Origin: Eledone cirrhosa
Lineage: Eukaryota
DNA: 64,000 nt
Assembly: GCA_964016885.1 (NCBI GenBank)
Contig: OZ024743.1
Span: forward strand, 78,988,001 to 79,052,000
Direction of reading: 5' to 3'
Shown here piece after piece: positions 1 to 10,996 of this stretch. Below the pieces are notes generated by a model. That model worked only from the letters and a program-made list of their open reading frames with translations, was not told the origin of the DNA and did no database searches. How positions within the stretch are numbered: position 1 is the stretch's first letter; every line of letters starts with the position of its first letter. The position numbers were made by a program, and so were the translations under genes.

Positions 1-326
<326 letters not shown>

Positions 327-658
327 TCGTGTTATCAGAAATATCTACACCCTCTCATGTCAGTACTGGGAGAGACATTGATATATCGGTTATTAGAGAT
401 ATTCCTATAATATTCTATACAGTATTAAATTGGTTGTGTGGCGGAGGAACTGTGAAGGGCTGGTCACTACCACTGTATGACGAAAAAGGTGTTCCATTAC
501 ACTCTCAAATAAGTCACTATATATTGTATTAATCCAACAAGGCTTACAACCATTCTAGTATGGTCAGAGCAAGGAATGTCAAAAACTAGGCATTCCTAAA
601 TGTAAGTTGAAATTATATTTTGGAGAATGGGGCGCAAAACGGGGAGAAGCGGGCACAC

Positions 659-858
659 CGCTGGATTGGCAGTATCGGTAGAGGGTCGGACGCCATGCTT
701 TGCAGCAAAGCGTTATGGCTCTTTATGGTCTGAGTTCAAATCCCGCCGAGGTTAACTTTGCCTTTTAGCTTTAGGGGGTCGATAAAATAAAGCACCAGTA
801 ATATAAAATAAAGCACTGGGGTAATTTGCTGGCCTTGTGCCAAAAGTAGAAACAATTA
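659..858 (+). mobile_element. tRNA-derived SINE (cephalopod-type), copy 1
   Basis: A-box-like TGGCAGTATCGG, B-box-like GAGTTCAAATCC, core GGGGTCGATAAAATAAAG, ends GAAACAATTA; homologous to copies at 7000 and 18134. Confidence 0.8.
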
Positions 859-860
859 TA

Positions 861-1140
861 TCGCTCTCCGACAGATTCGCGGTCGTGCCCTTGGCAGTGG
901 AGACTTCTGGTGTCCTTGGCCTAGAGCTACCTCCCTACTCACCACCATAGGCGCTGAGCTGGCCAGCCGCAGGTGTGAGCCTCGCGAGTTGGAATGGCTC
1001 TTCCAGTGCATCTCTCTTACCATCCTCCAGGGAAACGCCTTCTCCATCCTGTCAGCCGGGTCTGTGGGGAGGCCAGCACGTGGGACCCCATTTGCTCAAC
1101 ACTACGGATTAATAGGCAAAGTTATAAACTATTGTAAATA
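861..1140 (+). mobile_element. 3' remnant of a CRE-like non-LTR retrotransposon (restriction-like endonuclease C-terminus)
   Basis: With one frameshift near 921 translates to FAVVPLAVETSGVLG/RATSLLTTIGAELASRRCEPRELEWLFQCISLTILQGNAFSIL, matching the P.AVET.G..G...QR.S.A..RGNA motif of CRE-clade RLE domains. Confidence 0.7.
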
Positions 1141-1400
1141 GTGTATATTGATTGTAAATAGATATCCTGGTGTGTTACACACAAACAATTACTGTGAACA
1201 TTCACAAAGTGTAGGAAGTATAACCCGTGACGTTCTCCCCAATATCATAAGTTCACAAGAGACGTCACAATAACTAGCTGAGATCGTATCTTTTATTTGT
1301 ACCAGATAAAGTTCAGTAAACTGATAGCAATGACATCTGCTAAATACAAATACAATAAATAAAGATAATAGTACTTTCATAGGCAGTTACATTTATAAGT

Positions 1401-1483
1401 AGCACGATGGCCGAGTGGTTAAGGCGTTGGACTTAAGTTCCAATGGACGAATGTCCGCGTGGGTTCGAGCCCCACTCGTGCTA
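1401..1483 (+). tRNA. trnL: tRNA-Leu(TAA), solo intact copy with unique flanks
   Basis: 83-nt cloverleaf: acceptor AGCACGA/TCGTGCT+A, anticodon arm TTGGA-CT-TAA-GT-TCCAA, long variable arm, B box GGTTCGAGCC, T5 run downstream. Confidence 0.95.
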
Positions 1484-1682
1484 ATTTGCTTTTTATTTAA
1501 GTATTTCTTTTATTTATCATATTAATATATATCATTGCATGGTAGCTATGCTTCAACTTATTTGGTCCATTATCTCGCTCCAGATACGTACTTTTTCAAG
1601 TCGATATCTTTTTTCACACATAATCAAAGACACTCACACATATACACTGAGTATATATATTTTCGTGGTATTTGTAATTGCT

Positions 1683-1713
1683 CTATATATGTAAGCATAT
1701 GTGTGTGTGTGAG

Positions 1714-1748
<35 letters not shown>
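1683..1748. repeat. (TA)n/(TG)n microsatellite
   Basis: Directly visible. Confidence 0.9.
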
Positions 1749-1834
1749 AAAAGGTAAACAGAAAAAACAACACAATCGGTACAGTATATGGAAGGAATAT
1801 ATTAGGTTAACGCTTGAAATAGCAGGAAGAGGGG

Positions 1835-1868
1835 CTTAACGTTTCGGACTCTAGTCCTTCATCAGAAG
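1835..1868 (-). ncRNA. Minimal type I hammerhead ribozyme motif (Penelope-like-element type)
   Basis: Minus strand reads CTT-CTGATGA-A-GGACT-AG-AGTCC-GAAA-CG-TT-AAG: CUGANGA and GAAA core, 5-bp stem II, palindromic AACGTT helix III, 3-bp stem I. Confidence 0.65.
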
Positions 1869-2028
1869 AAAGAATGAGAAATAAGATAGATTGAGGGGAC
1901 GGGCGGGATGGAATTGGAAAAAAGTCTTTAGATAAAAATAACAGGTCCATTCATGTTGACATCATAGATGTATAAATACATATATACATGTACAAACATG
2001 CCGTTACATGTAGATGAAGGGTTACATA

Positions 2029-2112
2029 AACACGATGGTCGGGTGGTAAAATCACTGGGCGTAAGTTCCAGTGGATAGTTGTCATCGGGGGTCCGAACCC
2101 CCACTCGTGCTA
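2029..2112 (+). pseudogene. Degenerate tRNA-Leu(TAA)
   Basis: Collinear with the 1401 gene (CACGATGG...TAAGTTCCA...CCACTCGTGCTA); B box mutated to GTCCGAA. Confidence 0.8.
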
Positions 2113-2384
2113 AATTTGATTTCTTATTTTACAATGATATAATAATACTTTATATACATCATTTAGCATTTACATTATTCTACATATACTATCGTATTTT
2201 TGTGGGAAAGGCGTTACCTCACATAATTATCACATGTAATATCGAATCTATGAGATTTTGATATTATTTATTTTCAGAAGAATACTTTTAAACATCAGTG
2301 TGAGCAGCTAGTTACGGCCGGTTTGAAGAGAAAGAGGTGAAAGAACACTGGCCGGATACGGTCGGTTCAAATGTTAAAGGGATA

Positions 2385-2622
2385 TTATATATATGTGTGT
2401 GAGGGGGTTCTGTGTTTGTGTGTCTGTGTGTCTCTGTGTGTGTGTATGTGTGTGTGCCATCGTTTATGTCACGTAACGAAAAGATTTGATAAAAAATAAC
2501 TGTCAGACATAAAAAGATACCAACTCGGATCAATATTTTCGGCGAAATCTGATGAAAGTGGAGCCCGAGCATGCCAGCCGTACAATCACAGAAATCAATA
2601 GAATAAATAAAATAAATGACAA
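2385..2622 (+). mobile_element. Probable decayed SINE 3' half; 2524-2622 is an inverted copy of the segment following the tRNA in each array unit
   Basis: (GT)n tract, then body ending in an AATAAATAAAATAAA tail; the reverse-complement match to the array unit is seen directly, the SINE identity is recall-based. Confidence 0.5.
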
Positions 2623-3490
2623 AAGATTTCTTGTAGAAACTCTCTAAATCTCACTCTCTACAACCTTAAATATGAAGTATTATTGTAGGTTAATTGAAAG
2701 ATATCTTCTAGAAAATCACTAAATTTTACTCATTACAACCTGAAATATAATGTATTACTGTAGGTTACTTTAAAGATATCGTCTAGAAACTCTCTAAATC
2801 TCACTTTCTACAACCTTACATATAAAGTTTTACTTTAGGCTAATTTAAAGATATCTCCTAGAATCTCTCTAGATCTCACTCTGTACAACCTGACATATAA
2901 ACTATTACTCTAGGTTACTTTAAAGATATCTTCTAGAAACTCTCTAAATCTCACTCTCTATAACCTTACATATAAAGTATTACTGTAGGTTGCTTTAAAG
3001 ATATTTTCTAGAAACTCTCTAAATTTCACTCTCTACAACGTTACATATAAAGTATTACTGTAGGTTACTTTAAAGATATCTTCTAGAAACTCTCTAAATC
3101 TCACTCTCTACAGCCTGACATATAAAGTTTTATTGTAGGTTACTTTAAAGATATCTTCTAGAAACTCTCTAAATCTCACTCTCTACAGCCTGACATATAA
3201 AGTATTACTGTAGGTTACTTTATAGATATCTTCTAGAAACTCTCTAAATCTCATACTTTACAACCTGACATATAAAGTATTACTTTAGGCTAATTTAAAG
3301 ATATCTTCTAGAAACTCTCTAAATATCACTCTCTACAACCTGACATATAAAGTATTATTGTAGGTTACTTTAAAGATATCTTCCAGAAACTCTCTAAATC
3401 TCACTCTCTACAACCTGACATATAAAGTATTACTGTAGGTTACTTTATAGATATCTTCTAGTAACTCTCTAAATCTCACTCTCTATAATT
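2623..3490 (+). repeat. 75-bp minisatellite, ~11.5 copies
   Basis: TAGGTTACTTTAAAGATATCTTCTAGAAACTCTCTAAATCTCACTCTCTACAACCTGACATATAAAGTATTACTG recurs at 3061, 3136, 3211 etc. Confidence 0.95.
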
Positions 3491-3677
3491 TCAGTCATCC
3501 AGTTGTGAACATAATAGAACCTTCCTGTTATACTTAATGTATTTTACCAGGACCACAAAACAATAACATGATTATATCTCACTATATAGTAGTAGATTTA
3601 TGGAGTACTTAGAATTTAACATACGTAACATTAGTTAGTATAGCTTTTAAATATAATTTTATATTTTGAATAACATG

Positions 3678-3760
3678 AGCACGATGGCCGAGTGGTTAAG
3701 GCGTTGGACTTAAGTTCCAATGGACAAATGTCCGTGTGGATTCGAACCCCTCTCGTGCTA
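3678..3760 (+). pseudogene. tRNA-Leu(TAA), variant edge copy
   Basis: Full length, but T-stem/B box altered (GTGGATTCGAACCCCTC). Confidence 0.7.
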
Positions 3761-3944
3761 AATTATTTTTTCTTCAAGTTGTCATTTATTTTATTTAATC
3801 TATTGATTCCTGTTATTGTACGGCTGACATGCTCGGGCACCGCCTTCAGAAGATTTCACTGAAAATATTGATCCGAACACTATTTGTTGTGGACCACAGG
3901 ACCACAACTGATTATGGAACTCAGTTTAATCTAGTCAGGATTGT

Positions 3945-4027
3945 ATAACAATCGCCGAGGGGTTAATATATTAGACATTATCACCTATGACCAAATGATC
4001 ACATGGGCTTGATCAGAATTCATGCTA
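3945..4027 (+). pseudogene. Ghost tRNA-Leu (full-length 83-nt form)
   Basis: Ungapped alignment to the tRNA-Leu consensus, ~53/83 identities by hand count. Confidence 0.8.
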
Positions 4028-4502
4028 CATACTTTTTCCTTTATTCTGGTTTTTATTGTATATTTTTTGTTATTTGTCTCTTTTTCATTCTTTATTTTTC
4101 TAAATATTAATTAAACTTCTTCAAAATATAAATTTTTAAATCCAATAATCTTTCTTTCATAAATTTTCAATCTCTACAAACTTACATATAAATTTTCAAT
4201 CTCTACAAACTTACTTTAAAGATATCTTCCAGAAACTCTCTAAATCTCACTCTCTACAACCTGACATATAAAGTATTACTGTAGGTTACTTTATAGATAT
4301 CTTCTAGTAACTCTCTAAATCGCACTCTCTATAATTTCAGTCATCCAGTTGTCAACATAATAGAACCTTCCTGTTATACTTAATGTATTTTACCAGGACC
4401 ACAAAACAATAACATGACAATATCTCACTATATAGTAGTAGATTTATGAACTAATTAGAATTTAACATACCTAACATTAGTTAGTATAGCTTTTAAATAT
4501 AA

Positions 4503-5622
4503 CTAGCTGACGTACCCAGCTTCGCCCGGGTAAACAGATGATAAGAGAAGACAGATAAAAGAGAAAATGACTGTATTGGATGTTTGTCTGGTTACAGTAT
4601 CAGGCGAGTCTGTGGTGTCTGTGAGATACAGAAAATAGTAAAAAAAAATCTTCCAGATATACCAGATTCTTCGTTGTACTGTTTGTACATAGTATATGAA
4701 CAATTTTAGGGGCTCCCACCTAGAATAGTGACCTTCAGGAGATGGTTCATCTTATGCCTGACTGTAAAACGTGTATCATTGCATAGACGTGGTTGTTCCA
4801 CGTTTCTCAAAAGGATGATGGAAGTTCCAATCTTTTATATTATATGTAGATATAGATATAGATAATTAATATAAAAGATGATGCTCAGCCAGTTCGTCTT
4901 CAACCATCGCAGCACGCCGTCGCTGCTTGGCTTCCGTGTTTCGTTGGCGTTGTTCAGCCAGCTCCTCTTCATTCATGGGGGCACGTCTTCGCCTCTGAAT
5001 TTCGGCGTTCCGATGGCGCTGTTCGGCCCGTTTTTCTTCATTCCTGGTTGCACGCCGTCGTCGCTGTGGTTCACTGTTTGATAAAGTCGAATTGCCTTTA
5101 TTATCAGTATTCATTTCGAGCAATTGTCAAAAAATGACACAATAATAAATATAAAAGATGTCCGTCAATGTGAAAAAACGTCCCTATTTACTCCCTTCAC
5201 AACTCTGTGTATGTTAGACTGACAGATAGGCACACAGACAGATATACTGTGTGGCGATTGTAGAACGCCCCACGTACACACACATAGACGCATGGGAACG
5301 CGCACACACACGCAAACTTACACACGCACCGGTGCACTTACACACACTTAGACACTCACACATGTTGATAGTTTTTACTTTCTGTGGAACGCACGCACAC
5401 ACACATAAAACTATGCGCACGTACATACACACGCACACATGGTTACAGCGTTCTCTTTGCGTTTGTTTCTTACTCTCCCCTCTCACTCCATCATTGGCAT
5501 TGTACATATTAATTTCAGTTTGGCGTCGTTGAGGTGGGCGGAGTCGTTTGAAACCTATGAACCAATGGTAATCGAGAATTATGACACACGGAATACTGAC
5601 GTTCTTAAAATTAATAAATAGA
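4503..5622 (-). mobile_element. Non-autonomous Helitron, copy A
   Basis: Minus strand 5'-TC...CTAG-3', subterminal hairpin ACCCGG-GCGAAG-CTGGGT, no TSD; retains a 23-aa Arg/Glu repeat (STPR-like, ORF 4866-5123) and Pif1 helicase remnants. Confidence 0.88.
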
Positions 5623-6474
5623 TTAGCTGACGTACCCAGCTTCGCTCGGGTAAACAGATGATAAGAGAAGACAGGTAAAAGAGAAAATGACTGTATTTGA
5701 TGTTTGTCTGGTTACAGTATGAGGCGAGTCCGTGGTGTCTGTGTGATACAGAAAACAGTAAAAAAAAATCTTCCAGATATACCAGATTCTTCGTTGTACC
5801 GTTTGTGCATAGTATATGAACTATTCTAGGTGCTCCACCTAGAATAGTGACCTCAAGGAGATGGTTCATCTTCTGCCTGACTGTAAAACGTGTATCATTG
5901 CATAGACGTGGTTGTTCCACGTTTCTCAAAAGTATGATGAAAGTTACAATCTTTTTTTATTATATGTAGATATAGATAATTAATATAAAAGATGTGGCTT
6001 AGCCAGTTTGTCTTCAACCATCTCAGCACGCCGTCGCTTCTTGGTTCCAGTGTTTCGTTGGCTTTGTTCAGCCAGCTCCTCTTCAGTCATGGCGGCACAT
6101 CTTCGCCTCTGATGTTCGGCGTTGCAATGGCGCTGTTCGGCCCGTTTTTCTTCATTCCTGGCTGCACGCCGTCGCCGCTGTAGTTCACTGTTTGATGAAG
6201 TCGAATTGCTTTTATTTTCTGTGGAACGCTGCACAAACGCACACACGCACATAAATACGCGCACGTACATACACACGCGCACATGGTAATAGTTACAGCG
6301 TTCAATTTGCCTCTCTGTTTCTTACTCTCCCCTTTCACTCCCTCATTGGCATTATCCATATTAATTTAAGCTTGGAGTCGATGAGGTGGCCGGAGTCGTT
6401 TGAAACCTATGAACCAAAGATAATCGAGAATTATGACACACGGAATAATGAAGTTGATTAAATTAATATATAGA
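5623..6474 (-). mobile_element. Non-autonomous Helitron, copy B (head-to-tail with A)
   Basis: 5'-TCTATATATTAAT...CTAA-3', same hairpin; ORF 5579-5929 has LCNDTRFTV..M.HLLEVTILGG (Pif1 2B-like) and TKNLVY.E (RepHel C-terminus); the pair sits in an A|T site of the array spacer (TATAA|TTTCAT). Confidence 0.88.
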
Positions 6475-6495
6475 TTTCATATCTTGAACAACATA

Positions 6496-6578
6496 AGCAC
6501 GATAGCCGAGTGGTTAAAGCGTTGGACATAATTTCCAATGGAGAAACGTCCGCGTGGGTTCGAAACCCACACGTGCTA
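6496..6578 (+). pseudogene. Degenerate tRNA-Leu(TAA)
   Basis: Several substitutions including anticodon loop CA-TAA-TT; Helitron inserted 21 bp upstream. Confidence 0.75.
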
Positions 6579-6999
6579 AATTATTTTTTCTTCAAGTTGT
6601 CATTTATTTAATTTATTCTGTTGATTCCTGTGATTGTATGGCTGAATATGATTGGGCACCGCCTTCAGAACATTTCGCTGAAAATATTGACCCGAGCACA
6701 CTTTTTTTGTGAATCACGGGACCCCAACGTATTATGAAAATCAGTTTAATCTGGTCAGTATGTTATACCGATCACAGAGTGTTATTAGACATTAGGCATC
6801 ATAGATAATCTGCTTTCCCTGCTAGCAAAGGTCACATATAGGCTTTGCGAACACCTATTTTTTATACATGCTATAAAGATCTCTTCTAACCAGGTGCGCT
6901 TTTCAAACCTTTTTAATATCATTCTCTTTATATAACGTGATCTGTATAGAATGTTTTCAAACATCCACACTTTTCTTTCACTATATATATATGTGTGTG

Positions 7000-7183
7000 G
7001 GCGGTGGATTGGCAGTATCGGTAGAGGGTCGGACGCCATGCTTTCCAGCGTAGTTACGTCCCTTTACGATCTGAGTTCAAATCCCGCTGAGGTTGACTTT
7101 GCCTTTCATCCTTACGGGGTCGATAAAATAAAGTACCAGTAATGCACTGGGTAATTGCTGGCCTTGTGCCTAAAGTAGAAACA
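7000..7183 (+). mobile_element. tRNA-derived SINE, copy 2 (full length), preceded by ~205 bp of extra sequence inside a 14-bp TSD
   Basis: A box 7010-7021, B box ~7073-7084; GTTATTAGACATTA at 6781-6794 and 7184-7197. Confidence 0.85.
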
Positions 7184-8840
7184 GTTATTAGACATTATCA
7201 CGTATGACAAAATGACCACATGAGTTTGATCCAAATTCAAACCACATATTTATTCCTTTATTCTGGTTTTTATTGTATATTTTTTGTTATTTGTCTCTTT
7301 TTCATTCTTTATTTTTCTAATTATTAATTAAACTTCTTCAAAATATAAATTTTTCAGTTCAATAATCTTTCTTTCATAAATTTTCAATCTCTACAAACTT
7401 ACATATTAATTTTCAATCCCTACAAACTTACTTTAAAAATAATTTAGCACGAGTGTTATTAGACATTATCGCCTATGACCAAATAACCACATGTGTTTGA
7501 TTCAAATTCAAGCTACATACTTATTCCTTTATTCTGGTTTTTATTGTATATTTTTTGTTATTTGTCTCTTTTTCATTCTTTATTTTTCTAAATATTAATT
7601 AAACTTCTTCAAAATATAAATTCTTAAATCCAATAAACTTTCTTTCATAACTTTTCAATCTATACAATCTTACATATAAATTTTCAATCTCTACAAACTT
7701 ACATATAATGTATTATTCTAGGTTACTTTAAAGATATCGTCTGGAGACTCTCTAAATCTCAATCTCTACATCCTTAAATATGAAGTATTACTGTAGGTTA
7801 CTTTAAAGATATCTTCTAGAATCTCTCTAAATCTCACTCTCTACAACCTGAAATATAATGTATTACTGTAGGTTACAGTAAAGATATCTTCTAGAAACTC
7901 TCTAAATCTCAATCGCTACATCCTTAAATATGAAGTATTACTCTAGGTTACTGTAAAGATATCTTCTAGAAACTCTCTAAATCTCACTCTCTACAACCTG
8001 ACTCGTCCTAAATTGCTGTTTAATCAAGTTGTCAGTTATTTAATTTATTCTATTGATTCCTGTGACTGTATGGCTGAATATGCTTGAGCACCGCCTTCAG
8101 AAGATTTCGCTGAAAATATTGATCCGAGCACAATTATTTTGTGAACCACGGAACCCCAACTGATTATGAAACTCAGTTTAATCTGTTCAGTCTTTTATAC
8201 CGATCGCCGAGTGTTATTAGACATTATCACCTATGACCAAGAGACTACATAGGTTTGATCCAAATTCAAGCTACATACTTATTTCTTTATTCTGGTTTTT
8301 ATTGTATATTTTTTGTTATTTGTCTCTTTTTTCATTCTATATTTTTCTAATTATTAATTAAACTTCTTCAAAATATAAATTTTTAAACCCAATAATCTTT
8401 CTTTCATAAATTTTCAATCACTACAAACTTATATATAATGTATTATTCTAGGTTACTTTAAAGTTATCTTCTAGAAACTCTCTAAATCTCAATTTCTACA
8501 ACCTGACATATAATATATTACTTTAGGTTACTGTAAAGATATCTTCTAGAAACTCTCCAAATCTCACTCTCTACAACCTGACATATAAAGTATTACTGCA
8601 GGTTACTTTATAGATATCTTCTAGTAACTCTCTAAATCTCACACTCTATAATTTCAGTCATCCAGTTGTCAACATAATAGAACCTTCCTGTTATACTTAA
8701 TGTATTTTACCAGGACCACAAAACAATAACATGACTATATCTCACTATAGAGTAGTAGATTTATAAACTAATTTGAATTTAACATACGTAACATTAGTTA
8801 GTATAACTTTTAAATATAATTTCATATTTTGAAAGATATG

Positions 8841-8923
8841 AGCACGATGGCCGAGTGGTTAAGCCGTTGGACTTAAGTTCCAATGGACAAATGTCCGCAT
8901 GCGTTCGAACCCCACTCGTGCTA
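8841..8923 (+). pseudogene. tRNA-Leu(TAA) variant
   Basis: D-stem and two T-stem mismatches. Confidence 0.65.
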
Positions 8924-9740
8924 AATTATTTTTTCTTCAAGTTGTCATTTATTTTATTTATTCTATTGATTCCTGTGACTGTATGGCTAAATATGCTTGG
9001 GCACCGCCTTCAGAAGATTTCGCTGAAAATATTGATCCGTGCACAATTCTTTTGTGAATCACGGGACCACAACTGATTATGAAACTCAGTTTAATCTGGT
9101 CAGTATTTTATACCGATCGCCGAGTGTTATTAGACATTATCACCTATGACCAAATGAAAACATGTGTTTGATCCAAATTCAAGCTACATACTTATTCCTT
9201 TATTCTGGTTTTTATTGTATATCTTTTGTTATTTGTCTCCTTTTCATTCTTTATTTTTCTAATTATTAATTAAACTTCTTCAAAATATAACTTTTTAAAT
9301 CCAATAATCCTTCTTTCATAAATTTTCAATCTCTACAAACTTACATATAATGTATTATTCTAGGTTACTTTAAAGTTTTCTTCTAGAAACTCTCTAAATC
9401 TCAATCTCTACAACCTGACATATAATATATTACTTTAGGTTACTGTAAAGATATCTTCTAATTCTCACTCTCTACAACCTGACATTTAAAGTATTACTGC
9501 AGGTTACTCTATAGATATTTTCTAGAAACGCTCTAAATCTCACTCTCTATAATTTCAGTCATCCAGTTGTCAACATAATAGAAACTTCCTGTTATACTCA
9601 ATGTATTTTACCAGGACCACAAAACAATAACATGACTATATCTCACTATAGAGTAGTAGATTTATGAACTAATTTGAATTTAACATACGTAACATTAGTT
9701 AGTATAGCTTTTAAATATAATTTCTACTTTGAATAATATG

Positions 9741-9823
9741 AGCATGATGGCCGAGTGGTTAAAGCGTTGGACTTAAGTTCAAATGGACAAATGTCCGCGT
9801 GGGAACGATCCCCACTCGTCCTA
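9741..9823 (+). pseudogene. tRNA-Leu(TAA) pseudogene
   Basis: B box destroyed (GGAACGATCC), stem mismatches. Confidence 0.8.
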
Positions 9824-10651
9824 AATTGCTATTTAATCAAGTTGTCATTTATTTTATTTGTTCTATTGATTCCTGTGACTGTATGGCTGAATATGCTTGG
9901 GCACCGCCTTCAGAAGATTTCGCTAAAAATATTGATCCGAGCACAATTTTTTGGGGAATCACGGGACCCCAACTGATTATGAAACTCAGTTTAATCTGGT
10001 CAGTATTTAATCCGCTCGCCGAGTGTTATTAGACATTATCACCTATGACCAAATGACCACATGGGTTTGATCCAAATTCAAGCTACATACTTATTCCTTT
10101 ATTCTGGTTTTTATTGTATATTTTTTGTTATTTGTCTCCTTTTCATTCTTTATTTTTCTAATTATTAATTAAACTTCTTCAAAATATAAATTTTTAAATC
10201 CAATAATCTTGCTTTCAAAAATGTTCAATCTCTACAAACTTATATATAATGTATTATACTAGGTTACTTTAAAGTTATCTTCTAGAAACTCTCTAAATCT
10301 CAATCTCTACAACCTGACATATAATATATTACTTTAGGTTACTGTAAAGATATCTTCTAGAAACTCTCTAAATCTCACTCTCTACAACCTGTCATGTGAA
10401 GTATTACTGCAGGTTACTTTATAGATATCTTCTGGTAACTCTCTAAATCTCACACTCTATAATTTCAGTCATCCAGTTGTCAAAATAATAGAACCTTCCT
10501 GTTATACTTAATGTATTTTACCAGGACCACAAAACAATAACATGACTATATCTCACTATAGAGTAGTAGATTTATGAACTAATTTGAATTTAACATACGT
10601 AACATTAGTTAGTATAGCTTTTAAATATGATTTCATATTTTGAATAATATG

Positions 10652-10734
10652 AGCACGATGGCCGAGTGGTTAAGGCGTTGGACTTAAGTTCCAATGGACA
10701 AATGTCCGCGTGGGTTCGAACCCCACTCGTGCTA
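10652..10734 (+). tRNA. trnL: tRNA-Leu(TAA)
   Basis: Exact array consensus, intact cloverleaf and A/B boxes. Confidence 0.92.
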
Positions 10735-10919
10735 AATTATATTTTCTTCAAGTTGTCATTTATTTTATTTATTCTATTGATTCCTGTTATTGTACGGCTG
10801 AATATGCTTGGGCACCGCCTTCAGAAGTTTTCGCTGAAAATATTGATGCGAGCACAATTTTTTGTGAATCAGGCGACCCCAACTGATTATGAAACTCATT
10901 TTAATCTGGTCAGTATTTT

Positions 10920-10996
10920 ATACCGATCGCCGAATGTTATTAGACATTATCACTTATGACCAAATGACCACGTGGGTTTGATACAAATTCAAGCTA
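10920..10996 (+). pseudogene. Ghost tRNA-Leu, 77-nt form (representative; present ~268 bp after each tRNA start)
   Basis: Aligns to tRNA-Leu with a 6-nt deletion in the D arm; B-box C changed to T (GGTTTGA). Confidence 0.75.

Noticed and set aside
8741-8750. CTCACTATAG match to the T7 promoter in each unit
   Set aside because: Only 10 nt match; TAATACGA is absent; it resembles a variant of the subrepeat's ATCTCACTCT
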